Below, piece by piece: positions 13,230 to 25,380 of a stretch of DNA of 64,000 nt. The notes beneath the pieces are model-generated. The model was not told the DNA's origin, did not search any database, and saw only the letters and a list, made by a program, of their open reading frames with translations. Position numbers and translations under genes: made by a program. Numbering within the stretch: the stretch's first letter is position 1; each line of letters opens with the position of its first letter. This DNA is from Dicyema japonicum (taxonomy: Eukaryota; Animalia; Dicyemida): the NCBI GenBank assembly GCA_011109175.1, contig RDEW01000011.1, positions 180,193-244,192 of the forward strand. Direction: 5' to 3'.

Positions 13230-13560
13230 CTACTCACAGTACATCGAACCATGCATTTATATGCGTGTATTTCATGGGGACCACTGGCATCTTATACGAA
13301 CGTCCAGAAAATCTTCGCAACCCAGAAAAGGGCCTTCAAGCTAACTGAGAGATGGTATACAGGAAAAAACATTAAATCACTGACGCCCATAGAGACACAA
13401 ATCGAAAAAAACAAAAATGGACACCAATGCCAAAAAGGAAGTGCTCGCCGGCAACGAACTTGTGTAGGCTCAAAGGATCAACACCAGACAAAGATGAGAG
13501 CTTTCATCCAATTCGTCGGGATCACTTAGTTAGTTTTTTCGGTTTAACAGTGGTCTTTGG
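13230..13560 (+). mobile_element. LINE 3' end with GGGATCACTTAGTTAG tail
   Basis: LYACISWGP...QKIFATQKRAFKL (post-RT region); tail at about 13517-13560. Confidence 0.7.
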
Positions 13561-13564
13561 AATT

Positions 13565-14115
13565 AATTTCTGAATGTTTTCAGCTGGCAATTCGTTCCAA
13601 AGAGGAATGTATCACTGAAACTTCGTGTCAGACTTACGACACGTTTATCAAGCCAATACTGATATACAATTCCGGAACATGGGGAACCTCAAAAAAACGA
13701 TTTAAAGAGGCTAGATACTTTCCACAGAAGCCAACTGCGCATACTGACTCGAATCTTCTGGCCGAGAAAAATCTCAAACGAGAAACTATATGTTCTATGT
13801 GAATCTAAACCAGTTAGCATTGACGTTATTCTATCTATATGGCAACTATTTGGACATATTCTTAGACTGGACCCGACTACGCCGTGTAAAAGAATAATGG
13901 AAAATACTTCTTCTGCGCCGGAGGCCACGGATTTCGAGGTAGACCAATAAATAAACTTCCAATTTGCTTAAAAGATGATTACGAGACAATCGGTCGTGGT
14001 GACAGCAGACGACCTGGATGATGTTCGAATGAGGACCAGAAACAAGATGGCGAGGAGGATAGTTGTAACGCATCGCTCAAGCGAAACCCTTTTAGGGCTA
14101 CACGAAGGAGCTTTC
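13565..14115 (+). mobile_element. RTE-clade LINE 3' fragment
   Basis: FIKPILIYNSGTWG, WQLFGHILRLDP and FRGRPIN motifs; same family as 33950-34860 and 49270-49900. Confidence 0.85.
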
Positions 14116-14139
14116 AACTAACTAATTTGTTCCAAATTT

Positions 14140-14400
14140 TGATTAATTTGACTTGGAGATCAAGTTTATTTTTGCAGGGTCTAATGAACATTTTTGCTTC
14201 ATCATGCTCCAAACATGTTCCATTGGGTTCATGTTTGGAGATTGCGGCGCCCAGTCAAGAATTGGGATGTTATTTTCATCACACAAAAGTCAATCCAGAA
14301 ACAACGAAAAAAGTCCAGTCCTTTCAGTTGTGAGAACCCCCTTATTGGAGTGGGAGAGAGCAAATTCCTCTTTTACGTAACCTGGTACTTGAAGCCACTC
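14140..14400 (-). mobile_element. LINE fragment of the 12.2 kb family
   Basis: CTTTCAGTTGTGAGAACC...GGAGTGGGAGAGAG matches 12358-12400. Confidence 0.55.
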
Positions 14401-15079
14401 TAGAAAAACACCACATGAAAGATTCACAATTAAATCAAACTATTTATTTTTATTTATCCCCGGTCCCTTCGAGTGAAAGAAATGGTGGCTAACAAAAACG
14501 TTACAGCAAGAGCAAACGCTCCTAGAGATACGACAAGTATATTTTATTCTGTGCAGAACTCGGAGTTGGACGGACAAAATAAGAAATAACCTGTCTTCTG
14601 GTTGTCCAAAAGCATGATGGAGCATATTGGAGAGGACGATTATCCAATCCTGTACAGATACGAATGTAAATCATGGAGACATGAGATGGATATTCGTAGA
14701 ATCGAAATTTGTACACCGATTCAAACTATTTATGACCCGATCTATTATCTAATTTTATTCTTAAATAAAAATATTTTTAGCATTCGTATAATTATTTTTA
14801 TAACGGTAAACCTGACAATATTAAAAAAATAGATAATGCATCCATAAGTATGGTATTAACTGGATCACCTAAATGTTCTGTATGCGACCAAAGCGTCGAA
14901 TTTTCTGACAAAATTGTTGTTTTTGGGAACGATTGTCACAAAAAATGTATTAAATGCAGTAAAATTTAACTGAAATGTAAAAAGGTAAATGCAACAAGCT
15001 TGTTGATGCAACCTCAATAAAGAAAGACGCCGATAGTTTATACTGCCCAGATTGTTTCCGTAGCTTGAAAAAAGGAAGT

Positions 15080-15410
15080 ATGCCTCAAAAAAATTCAATC
15101 ACAATAAAGTAAAGAAATGTTAAAATGATAGTGTAAAATCAAAAAAATGTAAAATCTGCGGGAAAACAGTCTACGATGCAGAAAGGGTCAATGCAATCGG
15201 CTTTGTAGGCGTTTTAGTAATTTGCTAGGACATCCACAAGACCTGTTTTAAATGCCGGAGATGCGCTTGTACACTGCAGATGGGACAATACAGTGCTCAC
15301 GATGGGGATATTTTCTGCAACAGTGAGAATGTGATAATTATTTAGAATGCCATTATTCCCAATTCGGGATTAAAGGAATTGGCTATGGAGGATCTTTGAG
15401 TTTGGAATAA
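15080..15410 (+). CDS. CRIP: single-LIM cysteine-rich protein (CRIP family)
   Basis: Introns 15109-15131 (23 nt), 15205-15228 (24 nt) and 15323-15345 (23 nt) give MPQKNSITINVKSKKCKICGKTVYDAERVNAIGFDIHKTCFKCRRCACTLQMGQYSAHDGDIFCNKCHYSQFGIKGIGYGGSLSLE*, with a complete LIM Cys/His pattern and the CRIP-type glycine-rich tail. Confidence 0.9.
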
Positions 15411-15569
15411 TAATTAATGACGTTATGCGGAATTAAATAATCTTACTTAATTTCATTAAATGATCTGTATAATATATCTTGTGGTAATCTAAGCTATAAT
15501 ATGTCCGCCCTAATAGAGATTGTTTTTCACTATTAAGGGATTTTTTATGTATAGCTCAAAGGAATAAAG

Positions 15570-15800
15570 AATTCCATACGGACGTATATCTGGACATTTC
15601 GAAGACCTTGTTTGTCATGATGGGTTGCTACAGACTCTATCTAATTTTATGTTGGAAGTACGGCACTTTTATGGATGAAGGATTTTCTTTCTGGAAGAGA
15701 ATCTTGTGTAGGCATTGGAAATCAACTATCGAAGAACATTTTGTTAAAAAAGGGTTCCACGGGGTCTGTCTTGAGTCCACTCTTATTTAATTGTGCAACG
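15570..15800 (+). mobile_element. LINE RT fragment
   Basis: Frameshifted DISK...HDGLL...WMKDFLSGR...KKG.(P)RGSVLSPLLFN; same type as 36592-37140. Confidence 0.65.
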
Positions 15801-16162
15801 TGACATTCTAAAGGCGGAACACTCAAACACAAAAAATATTAATTTATGCAGAAAATATACTTCTGTTAGATCTGAGTATGAATAAATCTACTTTTGGAAA
15901 AGAATTTCAAATCATATTGAAAAAATGAAGTTGGTGATAAAGGTTTTTTGTAAATGCATTAGCCAACATGTCACGTGCTATATTAATTTGAAAAGAACAG
16001 CTGGTAAATTTGTTGAGGTGGTGACGTATTTCTATAGCACGAGATATCCACCTTTTCAAGATGAACTCAGGATACATTGGATATACTTAGTTTCGGGAGA
16101 ACCGAAAAAGCCAAATCCCCAGCTTATCTCATCTAATCCCAAAAAAAATAACAAAAAGTATA

Positions 16163-17448
16163 TTAAGTGTTCATATAGTCATATATTCTGTCATAATAGT
16201 CCACCTTGATAGAACGATCCTCATTCAGATTCAGATCCACTTTGGTACCCCTAGAATATTTTGGAACGGTAAGAAGCTGAGCCACTTTATGGACAACCTC
16301 CGGGTTACAAGCTGTTTTTGATTCATCCAAGAACGGAAAGGGGTCACTTGCCCACATCAAATTTTGACTGGCCTTTGGGGGAGTTCTCCCATTGATAAAC
16401 ATGGCCGAAAGGGAATTGAGTTGGAAACACGCAAAGACAAGAGACTGTCCATCGGAGACCATGCATTGAGTCACGACGGGCTGAGGAATGTCCTGTTTGT
16501 AGAAAGGCCAGTAATCCTTGAAATGGGAGGTCGAAACCGCTTGTGCAAAATTCATAAGAAGAGCCTTATAAACAGGCCAGGATCCCCCGTTGTAAAATGC
16601 TAATAAGGAGTTATTAAAAGGGTCCCCAAGTCTGAACCCCGGCAATATCTCTGGAATCAACGACTTTCTGCAAATTCCATATCTCGGTGGGGGAAGCTCT
16701 AGGCTGGGAAACAAAGCCTGTCTGCATAAATCGTCGTCATCATCCAAGTACGACCTGATCCCACGTGTAGAGCGAATTTGTCGCAAGCACGTCCCTTCAA
16801 TTAAGAAGTTACAAAGTCCATATGCAGACCTTCCGGCACAATCTCCATTAATCGGACGGGTAAAGAAGCTCTTTAAATTTGTGAAGTCATCAAACTGCCA
16901 GAAATCATCAAACTTGAGGTCCTCACGGGCCTTTCTCAATTTTTCGGCGGTAAAATAATCAAAAACTGTCCGGAAAATGACTGAGGGTACATCTATCGAC
17001 TTTGGGTAACCCGAAAAGATCCTCAACTTTGTAAAAATTAAGTAGAAACTCCAATTTAGAGTTGACGGACTCAACCAATTTGTCTAATCCTTCATTGAGT
17101 TCCACGTGACCTTTTCGGGGAATCCTTTGATGATATGAGTCCTTGTAAGGTATTTGAGGACATCAAGATCACTTTCATCCGTACATTTTTGTTTGATAAT
17201 CCAAAAAACACGTTTTTGGAGGCCAGCATAGTAAATGAGGCGTTTTTGAAGAGTCGATCTTTTAGAAATCCTCATCTTGAAATCATGAAGGTTCCAAGCT
17301 CCCAATTCCGACAGTTGATCCCATTCACCTTATTTCGTTAAGATTTTGGCAAACCAGGAGGGAAACGCGGAGTAACTTTTGGATATAAGGATTCAACACG
17401 CTTTAGAGAAGAAAATAGTCTTCTGCTTGAATTAAGCAAAGAACACAT
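16163..17448 (-). CDS. MRPS30: mitochondrial ribosomal protein S30 / mL65 (PDCD9 family)
   Basis: N-terminal YPKVT...KYLTRTHIIKGFP and C-terminal DIPQPVVTQCMVSDGQSLVFACFQLNSL...NLMWASDP...VVHKVAQLL resemble human MRPS30 as recalled. Introns of 26 and 27 nt join the ORFs. Confidence 0.8.
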
Positions 17449-17509
17449 GAGACATGCTTTATTTTAATTTAATTTATTAATAAAAATATTTTAAATTATT
17501 AAAATTAAT

Positions 17510-17870
17510 AAAGACTTTCTTAGAAAAAACTGGGAGGCTTGCCACAGTTTATGAACAATTTATCCGACCCACAATGACGTATTCAAGTCCTTTGTGGGCA
17601 ATGCAGATTTCGCAGCTGCAAGTTAATGGACCGGAGCACAAAATTCAGCCCATTGAAAGCTTCTAATCGAATTACAACAGAAACTTTTATAGGCGGCTAG
17701 TCTTCCTTATTGCTTTCTGTTCCATACACTATTAAAATATCTATAATCTTACTGAGAAGAGCTGTACAGGATTCTCGACCCCCCGGACTCGTCCTCTCCC
17801 GTGTCGGCCTGAGATCACTTAGTTGAGAACTTTTATTTCTTTCTCTTTGACCCAGTGATCCTGGGGTAAT
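17510..17870 (+). mobile_element. LINE 3' end with hairpin tail, same family as 31738-33630
   Basis: LATVYEQFIRPTMTYSSPLW and the 3' UTR align with 33225-33630. Confidence 0.85.
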
Positions 17871-18029
17871 ATGGATCAAATGCATCAAAGATCTTCCTCC
17901 TTCGATTGGTCTTAAATCTTAAAATCCAATTTTCAATGAGTACCACCTTAACTTGACGAAAATTTGATCTGTTTCACTTTAGCAATTAAAAGAATAGTAA
18001 TTAGCCACCAATCAACATGTTCTCCAATC

Positions 18030-19150
18030 TCAGGGAAGTTGGACTCGATGGTGACGGTTATTAGAAGGCGTGAAGCTGTCTCTCCCAAAGATTGGATAGG
18101 CTCCTCCTAATCCTTGCTTGGGGCATCGAACAAAACTACTAAGTGTCTGCCGTGAACGACCAAATTCAGACATGGGACGGTTTACTAACCTTTATCCACA
18201 AGTGCATCCCTTTCCGCGATACTTCCACTCGAACGAACACTCTGATTGAAGGTGTCAGTCACTTCCATTTTTGTCAAAATAAATCTCACATTGTAAATTT
18301 TTACATCTTAACCCCGGTCCCTGCATGAAAAATTATTCCCCCAAAGTGGCTGAATTACAAACGAATCGAAATGCCACAATCTGCGGGCCCAATCGCCAAA
18401 GACCCGCTTTGACTAACTGCTCAAAAGGGTAGTGAGAGATGGTTTCAGATCCTTTCTCAATTTGAACAATTTTTCATCCCCAATGACAAAAACTATCGCA
18501 TTCCAACAGCTTCCAGACATGACACTCCAATACTTCTCATGACCTCACTTTATGTTTCCCGTCATAATATCAATAATTGTTACTGTATTCGCATCAAACC
18601 ACTGCCTAAATTCTCAACAATTTTTTGATAATCACTTCCCGCCACGAAAACATCTCAAAATACTTGGAGACATATTCACCAAATACTGAAGTTCTCTAAC
18701 ATTTGTAGGAACAATGAACAAGACCTCGGAAAGCTGTGTCAGGTTATTACTTCGGTCAAAGCAAAGTGGGTCTAACCATCATAAATGAACAATTTATTCG
18801 GACCACAATTAACTATGCAAGCCTTATTGGTCGACTGCCTCCCTCACTTCTATCTACAAACTAAAAAAATCCTAAACATAAGCTCAGAACAATTACAGCA
18901 AATCAGAATCCTCTCTTCCGAAGAACATCCGGGTAAACCTAGATCAAGCAAATCAGAATCCTCTCTTCCGAAGGACATCCGGGTAAAGCTGGATCGTCTA
19001 TGATGAGGATACCACCATCTCTTCCGACTTCGTAAGCTGGATTATGTAAAAGATGTCCTGTGTTCCTTTTAACATCTCCCAGTTGACAGCAAATCAAATT
19101 TTTGAATGTCCAGAACTATTACGCTGTTCGTCCCTCACGCCAACGTTGAC
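18030..19150 (+). mobile_element. internally deleted Ingi/Vingi-like LINE (2A remnant, APE, C-terminus)
   Basis: RLLLILAWGIEQN at 18098-18136, then APE remnants (GLLTFIHKCIPFRD, IVNFYI), then C-terminal SSLPKDIRVKLDRL. Confidence 0.65.
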
Positions 19151-19554
19151 CGTTTCTATGGGAGAGACTGACATTTGCTACGTCCTATTTAATAGTTGAT
19201 GATCTCCTACAAATGAGTGAGGCCGGGGTTAGTATATTTGGCAGACTTACAAATATAATCAACTTCACCACCAGGGATGTATTCAAAGACTCGACCATTT
19301 TGGGAAAGTCTCATCGGTTTTCCGTGATGTAATCCATCATTGACAGATTTAGGCGTGTTCAGTATCTGCAAGGTGGGGATTCTTTTGAAAATCTCATAAA
19401 CGATTCTAAGGATCTAAAATTCTAACCAGGAACTCGTGAACTATGCCACGTGACGCCAAAGTTAGTGTGGTGATATGTGGCTACATGAATTGAAGATTAT
19501 TTGTTTGATTCTTCTGTTCCTCCTCTTCCCTTTGGGAGCTTGATTTGGTAGCGT

Positions 19555-19768
19555 GCGTCATGTGGTTCATCTTCTCTGGTGGCGCTAGACATAATCCTAA
19601 ATTACATCCAAAAAGATCATTACTCAACAACCATCCAGAGGAGTTCCCCTGGAAGGCACTTCCCTTCAAGTTTGAGCATGTGAAGACTGCTGAGAGAGGC
19701 CGGGATCACCTGATTTTTTTCATTCTGGCTATGACGGTGTTTTCTGGTTCAATAAATTTAAATTAAAT
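19555..19768 (+). mobile_element. bipartite non-autonomous LINE derivative
   Basis: 5' GCGTCATGTGGTTCATCTT...TGGTGGCGC; 3' GGGATCACCTG (19702) followed by an AATAAATTTAAATTAAA tail. Confidence 0.55.
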
Positions 19769-19863
19769 ATAAGGAAGTTCATCACAAATACTGTTGAAAG
19801 ACGTATTTTTACAGAAAAACTGGGAACTAGGAAAGAAAAATGTATAATCATTTTATCCGAGTT

Positions 19864-20101
19864 GCCATGTGGCTAATGGTTGAAGATTTTCCTTCCCACT
19901 GATGCCGTCATTGGATCCATCTTACTCAGGAGGCCCGGCCGGCAAGTAAAAGGATCCATCTATTCATTCTACCACGGGAAATTTCGTTCCCTAACGACGA
20001 GTTCTGAAATTGACCTCAGCTCCTCAGACAACGTTCTCTGGATTACTGTTCTTGAGTGAAGGTTCTGCTGGAACGCGTCAGGATCAGGTAATTAGCTAGT
20101 T
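19864..20101 (+). mobile_element. short retroelement family A copy
   Basis: Shares 5' GCCATGTGGCTA, the double-GGATCC core and 3' GCTGGAACGCGTCAGGATCAG...AGCTAGTT with 26189-26430. Confidence 0.75.
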
Positions 20102-20164
20102 ATAAAAAACAGTGTTTTCAGCAAAAATCTCTACATTCAATAATTATTTTCCAATATGTGAATA

Positions 20165-20320
20165 AGTGGTCATATAGGGCTTCCCTAACTGCGTGGCTAT
20201 TCTATCTCAGGATGGCGAGCGAGATTCGCTCAAATAACCAGCAGCGCTCACGAGGGTCTCCTGATCGTGTAGTGATCCGATTTCCTAGACGACTCAAGAA
20301 TTCCAGTGTCGCAGGCGCAA
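20165..20320 (-). mobile_element. CRE-like retrotransposon 3' fragment
   Basis: TSGTLAPATLEFLSRLGNRITTRSGDPRERCWLFERISLAILR in ORF 20202..20435. Confidence 0.8.
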
Positions 20321-21109
20321 GGGTACCAGACGTGAATAAGTTATTGAATTCATTTATGCTAATAATATCTGAATATTGTAAATATTCTTCAAGGTTTCTT
20401 GTACAAAGACAACCTCTTCTATTGTTCTTGTACACCTGATCTATCTGACTGATCTCTGAGAGCGTCCGCTTTGAGCTGTTATTTTCCCGTCAATCACCGG
20501 TCTTCTTCACTTAAAAGGACAAGGGTAGATGATATTTTGATTTTAAGGAAACGAAAAAAAAACTGTTTTTGTCGAGTTAGTGAAGCAACTCAATTGCACG
20601 AAGTCTTAATCATATATGAGGCTATCAGACGATTTTACCGTTCTATATGTCAGAGGCTTTCCGAATCTTATGCCAGGACTTGAATACCTACAGTGGCAAT
20701 ATTGGATGTTTTCAAGAGACGAAAGTCAACTGTGGACTAGATTAGCTACATCTCATCACTATCGGCATTCGATCTACAAATTTTATTGTGTGAGCGACCG
20801 GATGATGTAGGAACTTAATTAGCATATTTGGCACGACATGTGAAAACTCAATTAGTATATTAGTTCCTATGATGGTGTAAATAATATAAGAAAACTGCGA
20901 GCTGCCATTCATAATTTGAGGTAGATATGCCGAATATTTTGCATAGGCTACCTTTGGAAACTTCTCAGATATCAAACCGTAACTATATAATTGTCCCCTG
21001 TAAAACTTAAACTTTCGAAATAAACCAGTTACGAATCTAGCAGTGTGTATTGGAATAAAATATAATTACATCTTAGTGCCCAAATGATTTAGTTTGGACT
21101 CTAACTTAG

Positions 21110-21227
21110 GCCGGTTGCCTTCAGGCATTCAGCTGATAGTGCTGAGGGCTCCCACAAGTCCCTTAATGTCATTGATGGTCCTAGTCAGGAGAGGATTTGA
21201 CTGATGATGTCTCCAAGCAGATCAAGT
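21110..21227 (+). CDS. candidate terminal exon of an unresolved gene
   Basis: A CTAACTTAG branch/acceptor at 21101-21109 precedes the open frame PVAFRHSADSAEGSHKSLNVIDGPSQEDLTDDVSKQIK*. Upstream exons were not resolved. Confidence 0.3.
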
Positions 21228-21312
21228 GAGGTGATTATCACAAAAACAGGTAGTAAGTAGCGATCTCAAAAATTAACTAATAATGCCTGATAATACAAAA
21301 AACACTCAATAA

Positions 21313-22564
21313 TTATAATTTAGTACAATTTCGATCAATAAACCGTTCTTTGGCATAAAGAAGACAATCTGAGAACTCCCTAATCAAATCCCTCTCGCAA
21401 TAATCAGTCTCCATTCTCGCAGTCAAACACTCCCTTATTCTTTCAATCACAGAGTCATCCAGTATTTCATTATACGAACTAATGTCACCCAAACCACCAC
21501 CAGCCATTCCAGAAGGGGTCAGCACATGTGGCCAGGTTAGACAGAGCCACATCGTTTTTGAGGACCTGAGCCCGCAGATTCAATCGAGGGAAATCCAGAG
21601 GATTAGCAGAAAACTTCCTCAACAACTTAAATTCAGAGTTCCTACAGTCATCACAGCTACAATAGGCGGAACAGGACATTCCATCCTAAAAGTAAGTAAC
21701 CCCCAAACATACGGCATAACACTCACAGTAGTTCTTCAGACAGCTCGAACGCTTGCAAGTGCAGCCACGCTTTAGTTTGGACTCTTCCTTAGAGACGGTC
21801 TCTTTTGGTTTGAACGCCAGGGGATTTCTCGCCAGTAAAGATTGTATGGCCTGAGACCGTTCACTGTCGTAGTTCTCGTTGTTGTGGCAACCTGTGCAGT
21901 TGCAATTCTGGCAGTACATTCCGTTGGCGTAGCACTCACAATATCTAGGTAACTACAAGCGCTCACAGTTTCAGACATCGGGATTTTGTGCAGTTGCATG
22001 GCCTTCGAATGCGGTCGGTCGACCTAAATATCGTTGAGAGACTACATTGTGGCGACATCATTCTTGTCGTTAGAGAAAAGGGACGAACTCACGTGAGCGA
22101 GGGAGGACTGGAGTAAAGCAATCACTACCTTCTGAGGAGCCACTATGGAGTGGAAGGAGTTGTGCATGTTCAAACTGGCAGAGATCTAATAAAATAGCCA
22201 GGACTGACAGGTTTGGAAGAAATCTTGACGATCCTCTGTTTGGGTGGGACTGCCGGGGTGGTGTGCTTGACTTTGATCGAATTTGGCTGAAATATAAAAC
22301 TGGCAATACTGTGGCACGTGCTTGAGAATCGACCAACCTGTCCACTCTGAAGGATGGCATTTGAACGTTCGCAAAGTCATTAAGGGAGTACTTAGGGGCC
22401 ACTGACTCACTAACACTAGTTTTTCGTTTTATCGAATCCGCAGGAGTAACTGTCAGTTTGCTAGGAACAGCCCGTATGTTGACAGGCCCATGTGACTGGA
22501 ATTTGCTAGTGCTAATGACAGTCTTGAAAGCTGGCTTAACGTCTATATCCTTATCCTGGGGCAT
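21313..22564 (-). CDS. LIN54: LIN54/tesmin family protein with two CRC (CXC) domains
   Basis: After removing a 22-nt intron: [36 protein letters not shown], the linker LARNPLAFKPK, then KRGCTCKRSSCLKNYCECYA...MSCSAYCSCDDCRN. Confidence 0.85.
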
Positions 22565-22706
22565 CCACCAGACACAAACTAAAATAGGCGGTCTATTTAT
22601 TAATTAATTAAAAAATAAAACTAATAAAAAAGAAAAACTATAATTCAAAAACAAAAATTCAAAGCAATCATTTTTTCTTCAAAACTTTAATAGAATTCTC
22701 GATCTA

Positions 22707-24169
22707 TCAATTAACAACACACACAACCCTTTCCGTCTCTAAATTCAGTTCTTTTGCCTTCTCATATACAAAGTACTTCTCCTGAGGGCTGAAGGAATCC
22801 CCAAAGACCACATCTTCACTTCCTTCATCTCCCAACTGACCCAGAATCTCCACAACGTACTCCCTGAAATCAGAATCCACAGTCAATTCAAGTTCTTTGA
22901 TAGACACGTCGTTTTTGGCCGAATTTTCCTGCCCAAACGCCTTCCTGAAAAATGCCCTCTCCTCATCTCTTATTGCCTTCGCCTCATTCTCCAGCGCTAT
23001 CATATCATAGCCAATCTGGGAGTTATTTGGCTCCAGTTCAAATGCTTTCTTCATGTATTTGACCGCTTTCTCCGCCTTCCCCTTCCCAGAGAACGCCTAG
23101 GTTTCACCCAACCTTACTTTCGACAGCCTGTATAGGGCCTTCACACATTTGGGATCAACATCGAGGCACTCCTTGCAGCATCGCACACACTCGCTAAAAT
23201 CCTTCTGTTTGAGGTAGCACATGGCCATGTTGGAAAAGATCTCCACTGTCATTCGGTTCTTCAGGATATCCTCATACTGGTTCTGAGGATGTCGTTCATT
23301 GAGAACCCGCAAGCACTACTATAAGGAAATCACTACTCTCTCGTAGCACTTAAGTGCTATCCTGTACTTCTTGAAAGAATAGGACTTGTTCCCCTCCTAA
23401 AATTGAGGTACCAAATACCTGTTTCTCATCCATGATCACCCTCTGGATCTCTTCAAAGGCCATATTTCGTCTATTCTCCTACAATAACTATCCTTCAAAC
23501 GTAAGGGGTATCGTAGTAAAAGTCGACTGGACTGGGAACAGCAAAATGCAGCATCTCTATGCGAAAGAGGACTACAATCACAACCCAGGGGACCATATGA
23601 GTTCTGTGGGACAACTGGGTAAATTCCCTTGCTCCCATAGGCGACGTCAGGATGCAAAAGGAACAAGGAGATCTCGTCAAACACCATAGACTTAATCGCC
23701 ACCTCAAGGCCGAATAAGATCGAGTCTAAAGGTCACTTTCCGAGTCAAACTAGAATCCAGTCGCATTCTTTTCGTCTGTATGTCATATGGGGTTGTGTTG
23801 CCTTCTAGGAACGCCTCGTACTTGACTGTAGTGACTTAAAAGAGTAACCTCTGACCACAAAGTGGTCTCCGGGAGTGGACTTACCAGAACCTGGCTGGAT
23901 CACTGCTTTCCAAATCATGGAGTTCCACATATCAGACATCTCAGTCTTCAGATCCTCAAAGTTGGAGATATCGAATGGCATAGATTCCAGGATAAGGACT
24001 GGGAGAAATGGCCGTCACCTGAGTAAGGAATATCGTCTCCGAATATGTCTTCATCATGTGGATCAACATCTGCCATGACGTCATCTACGTTGAATATTAC
24101 TCCTTTGTCAGACTTAAATATAACCAATTGTATAACCAAAGCTGCATCCACAAGGGTTTTTTCGTCCAT
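22707..24169 (-). CDS. FKBP6: FKBP-type PPIase + TPR co-chaperone, FKBP6/shutdown-like
   Basis: FKBP domain (VKYEAFLEG, GLEVAIKSM, HPDVAYGSKG, VLFRIEML) followed by TPRs (EGNKSY, EIFSNMAMCYLKQ, KALYRL, KKAFELEPNN), with several micro-introns. This is the domain order of FKBP6/Shutdown. Confidence 0.78.
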
Positions 24170-24329
24170 TAAACTATAAAAAAATTTTTTATTTTGAATT
24201 ATATCAAATATTTTTAAATAAAAAATAACTCATTCTATTTAAATTTAATGCCACATGTGGCACTAATTGTGAAAATAAACCTAAAGAAAATAGAAGACTT
24301 TCAATCAACAGTCACCAAAGTACATCCCT

Positions 24330-24780
24330 TCCAACAGATGTCAAAGGATCTTGGGCGTGACACTTTATATGCATCTTTGTATATCACTACACATTGAAAA
24401 TATTCATGTGAAGTGTGAAAAAAACTGAACAATCTAAAAAGTTTATCGGGAATATGGAAGATTGGTACTTTCCCGGTTCTGATGAATGTGTAGACAGAAC
24501 ATCGAGCCAGGTCTAGGAAATTCAAAAGAGGGCTTTTAGAGTGACGAAGCGCTGGATTTGTGGCGAATATCGAACCGGACCGACGCCATTGGAGGACCAT
24601 TATGAGACTAGAATACGGGAATGTGACCCCGTAAATTCAGTCAGCCGTCCTGTACGATATGCGCGGGAATGAGGGAGGAACTCCGGGGAAAGATGAGGTC
24701 ACTAATGGAATGCATTGGGATCACGTGATAATTAGTTTGGTTTTACCGTAGTCTTGGGATGCTAAATGAATAATAAATAA
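24330..24780 (+). mobile_element. LINE 3' fragment with GGGATCACGTGATAATTAG tail
   Basis: Homologous to 2985-3190 (-). Confidence 0.7.
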
Positions 24781-25029
24781 TATTCTGAGGAAGTTTTCCG
24801 TCTACGTGACGGATTTAACTATTTTTGAGGCTCTTGTCAGGAAAAATGTACACTGCGTATCTCAGTCATTGTCTGCGTGTAACACAAGAATACAGAGTGT
24901 GTGGGATCTCGAAAGGAACACAGAGAGATGAGAAACTATTGAGAGTTCTCCTAATCGCTGCGATTATCTCTTAATGTTGTGCTGATTCTTAATTTTTAAA
25001 CTAATAATGAATTAAGTTTTTTTTTTATT

Positions 25030-25380
25030 TTAGGACATCAGACACGAACTCAGCCTCTTTCGCACTGTAGTGGGAACAATGGGAGACCACTGAGGTTGGA
25101 TGGCTCGTTTGATTGTGGGAACTGGGATTACCTAACTGTGTTACGTTTTTTCTGTCTTTCTCGGTGATCCCGGAATTCTAAATAAATAACTCAGCAATAT
25201 CCTCCACGTGAAGATCCCGTTAAAGATAGAGACCTAACTACTCTCTCTTTTCCCCTATATTACTGATCATTACTAGGGAGGTCCCACAACTGTTGTTATA
25301 GATGGACTTGTTTCTCAGCATCTGCGACCACGGGGACTGGATACACTTAATTAGTTTTAATTTATGATTTCTTTCTTTTT
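25030..25380 (+). mobile_element. two adjacent LINE 3' tail fragments
   Basis: 25060-25195 matches 35680-35793 (GTGGGAACAATGG...GGGAACTGGGAT(T/C)ACC...CTCGGTGATCCC). 25335-25355 (CTGGATACACTTAATTAGTT) matches the tail at 26520-26540 (-). Confidence 0.6.

Noticed and set aside
18901-18995. ~50-bp tandem duplication
   Set aside because: An ordinary slippage duplication inside a dead LINE fragment.
19576-19600. 2A-like motif SGGARHNP in the bipartite element
   Set aside because: It needs four or more base changes and overlaps the non-coding TGGTGGC signature, so it is probably coincidental.
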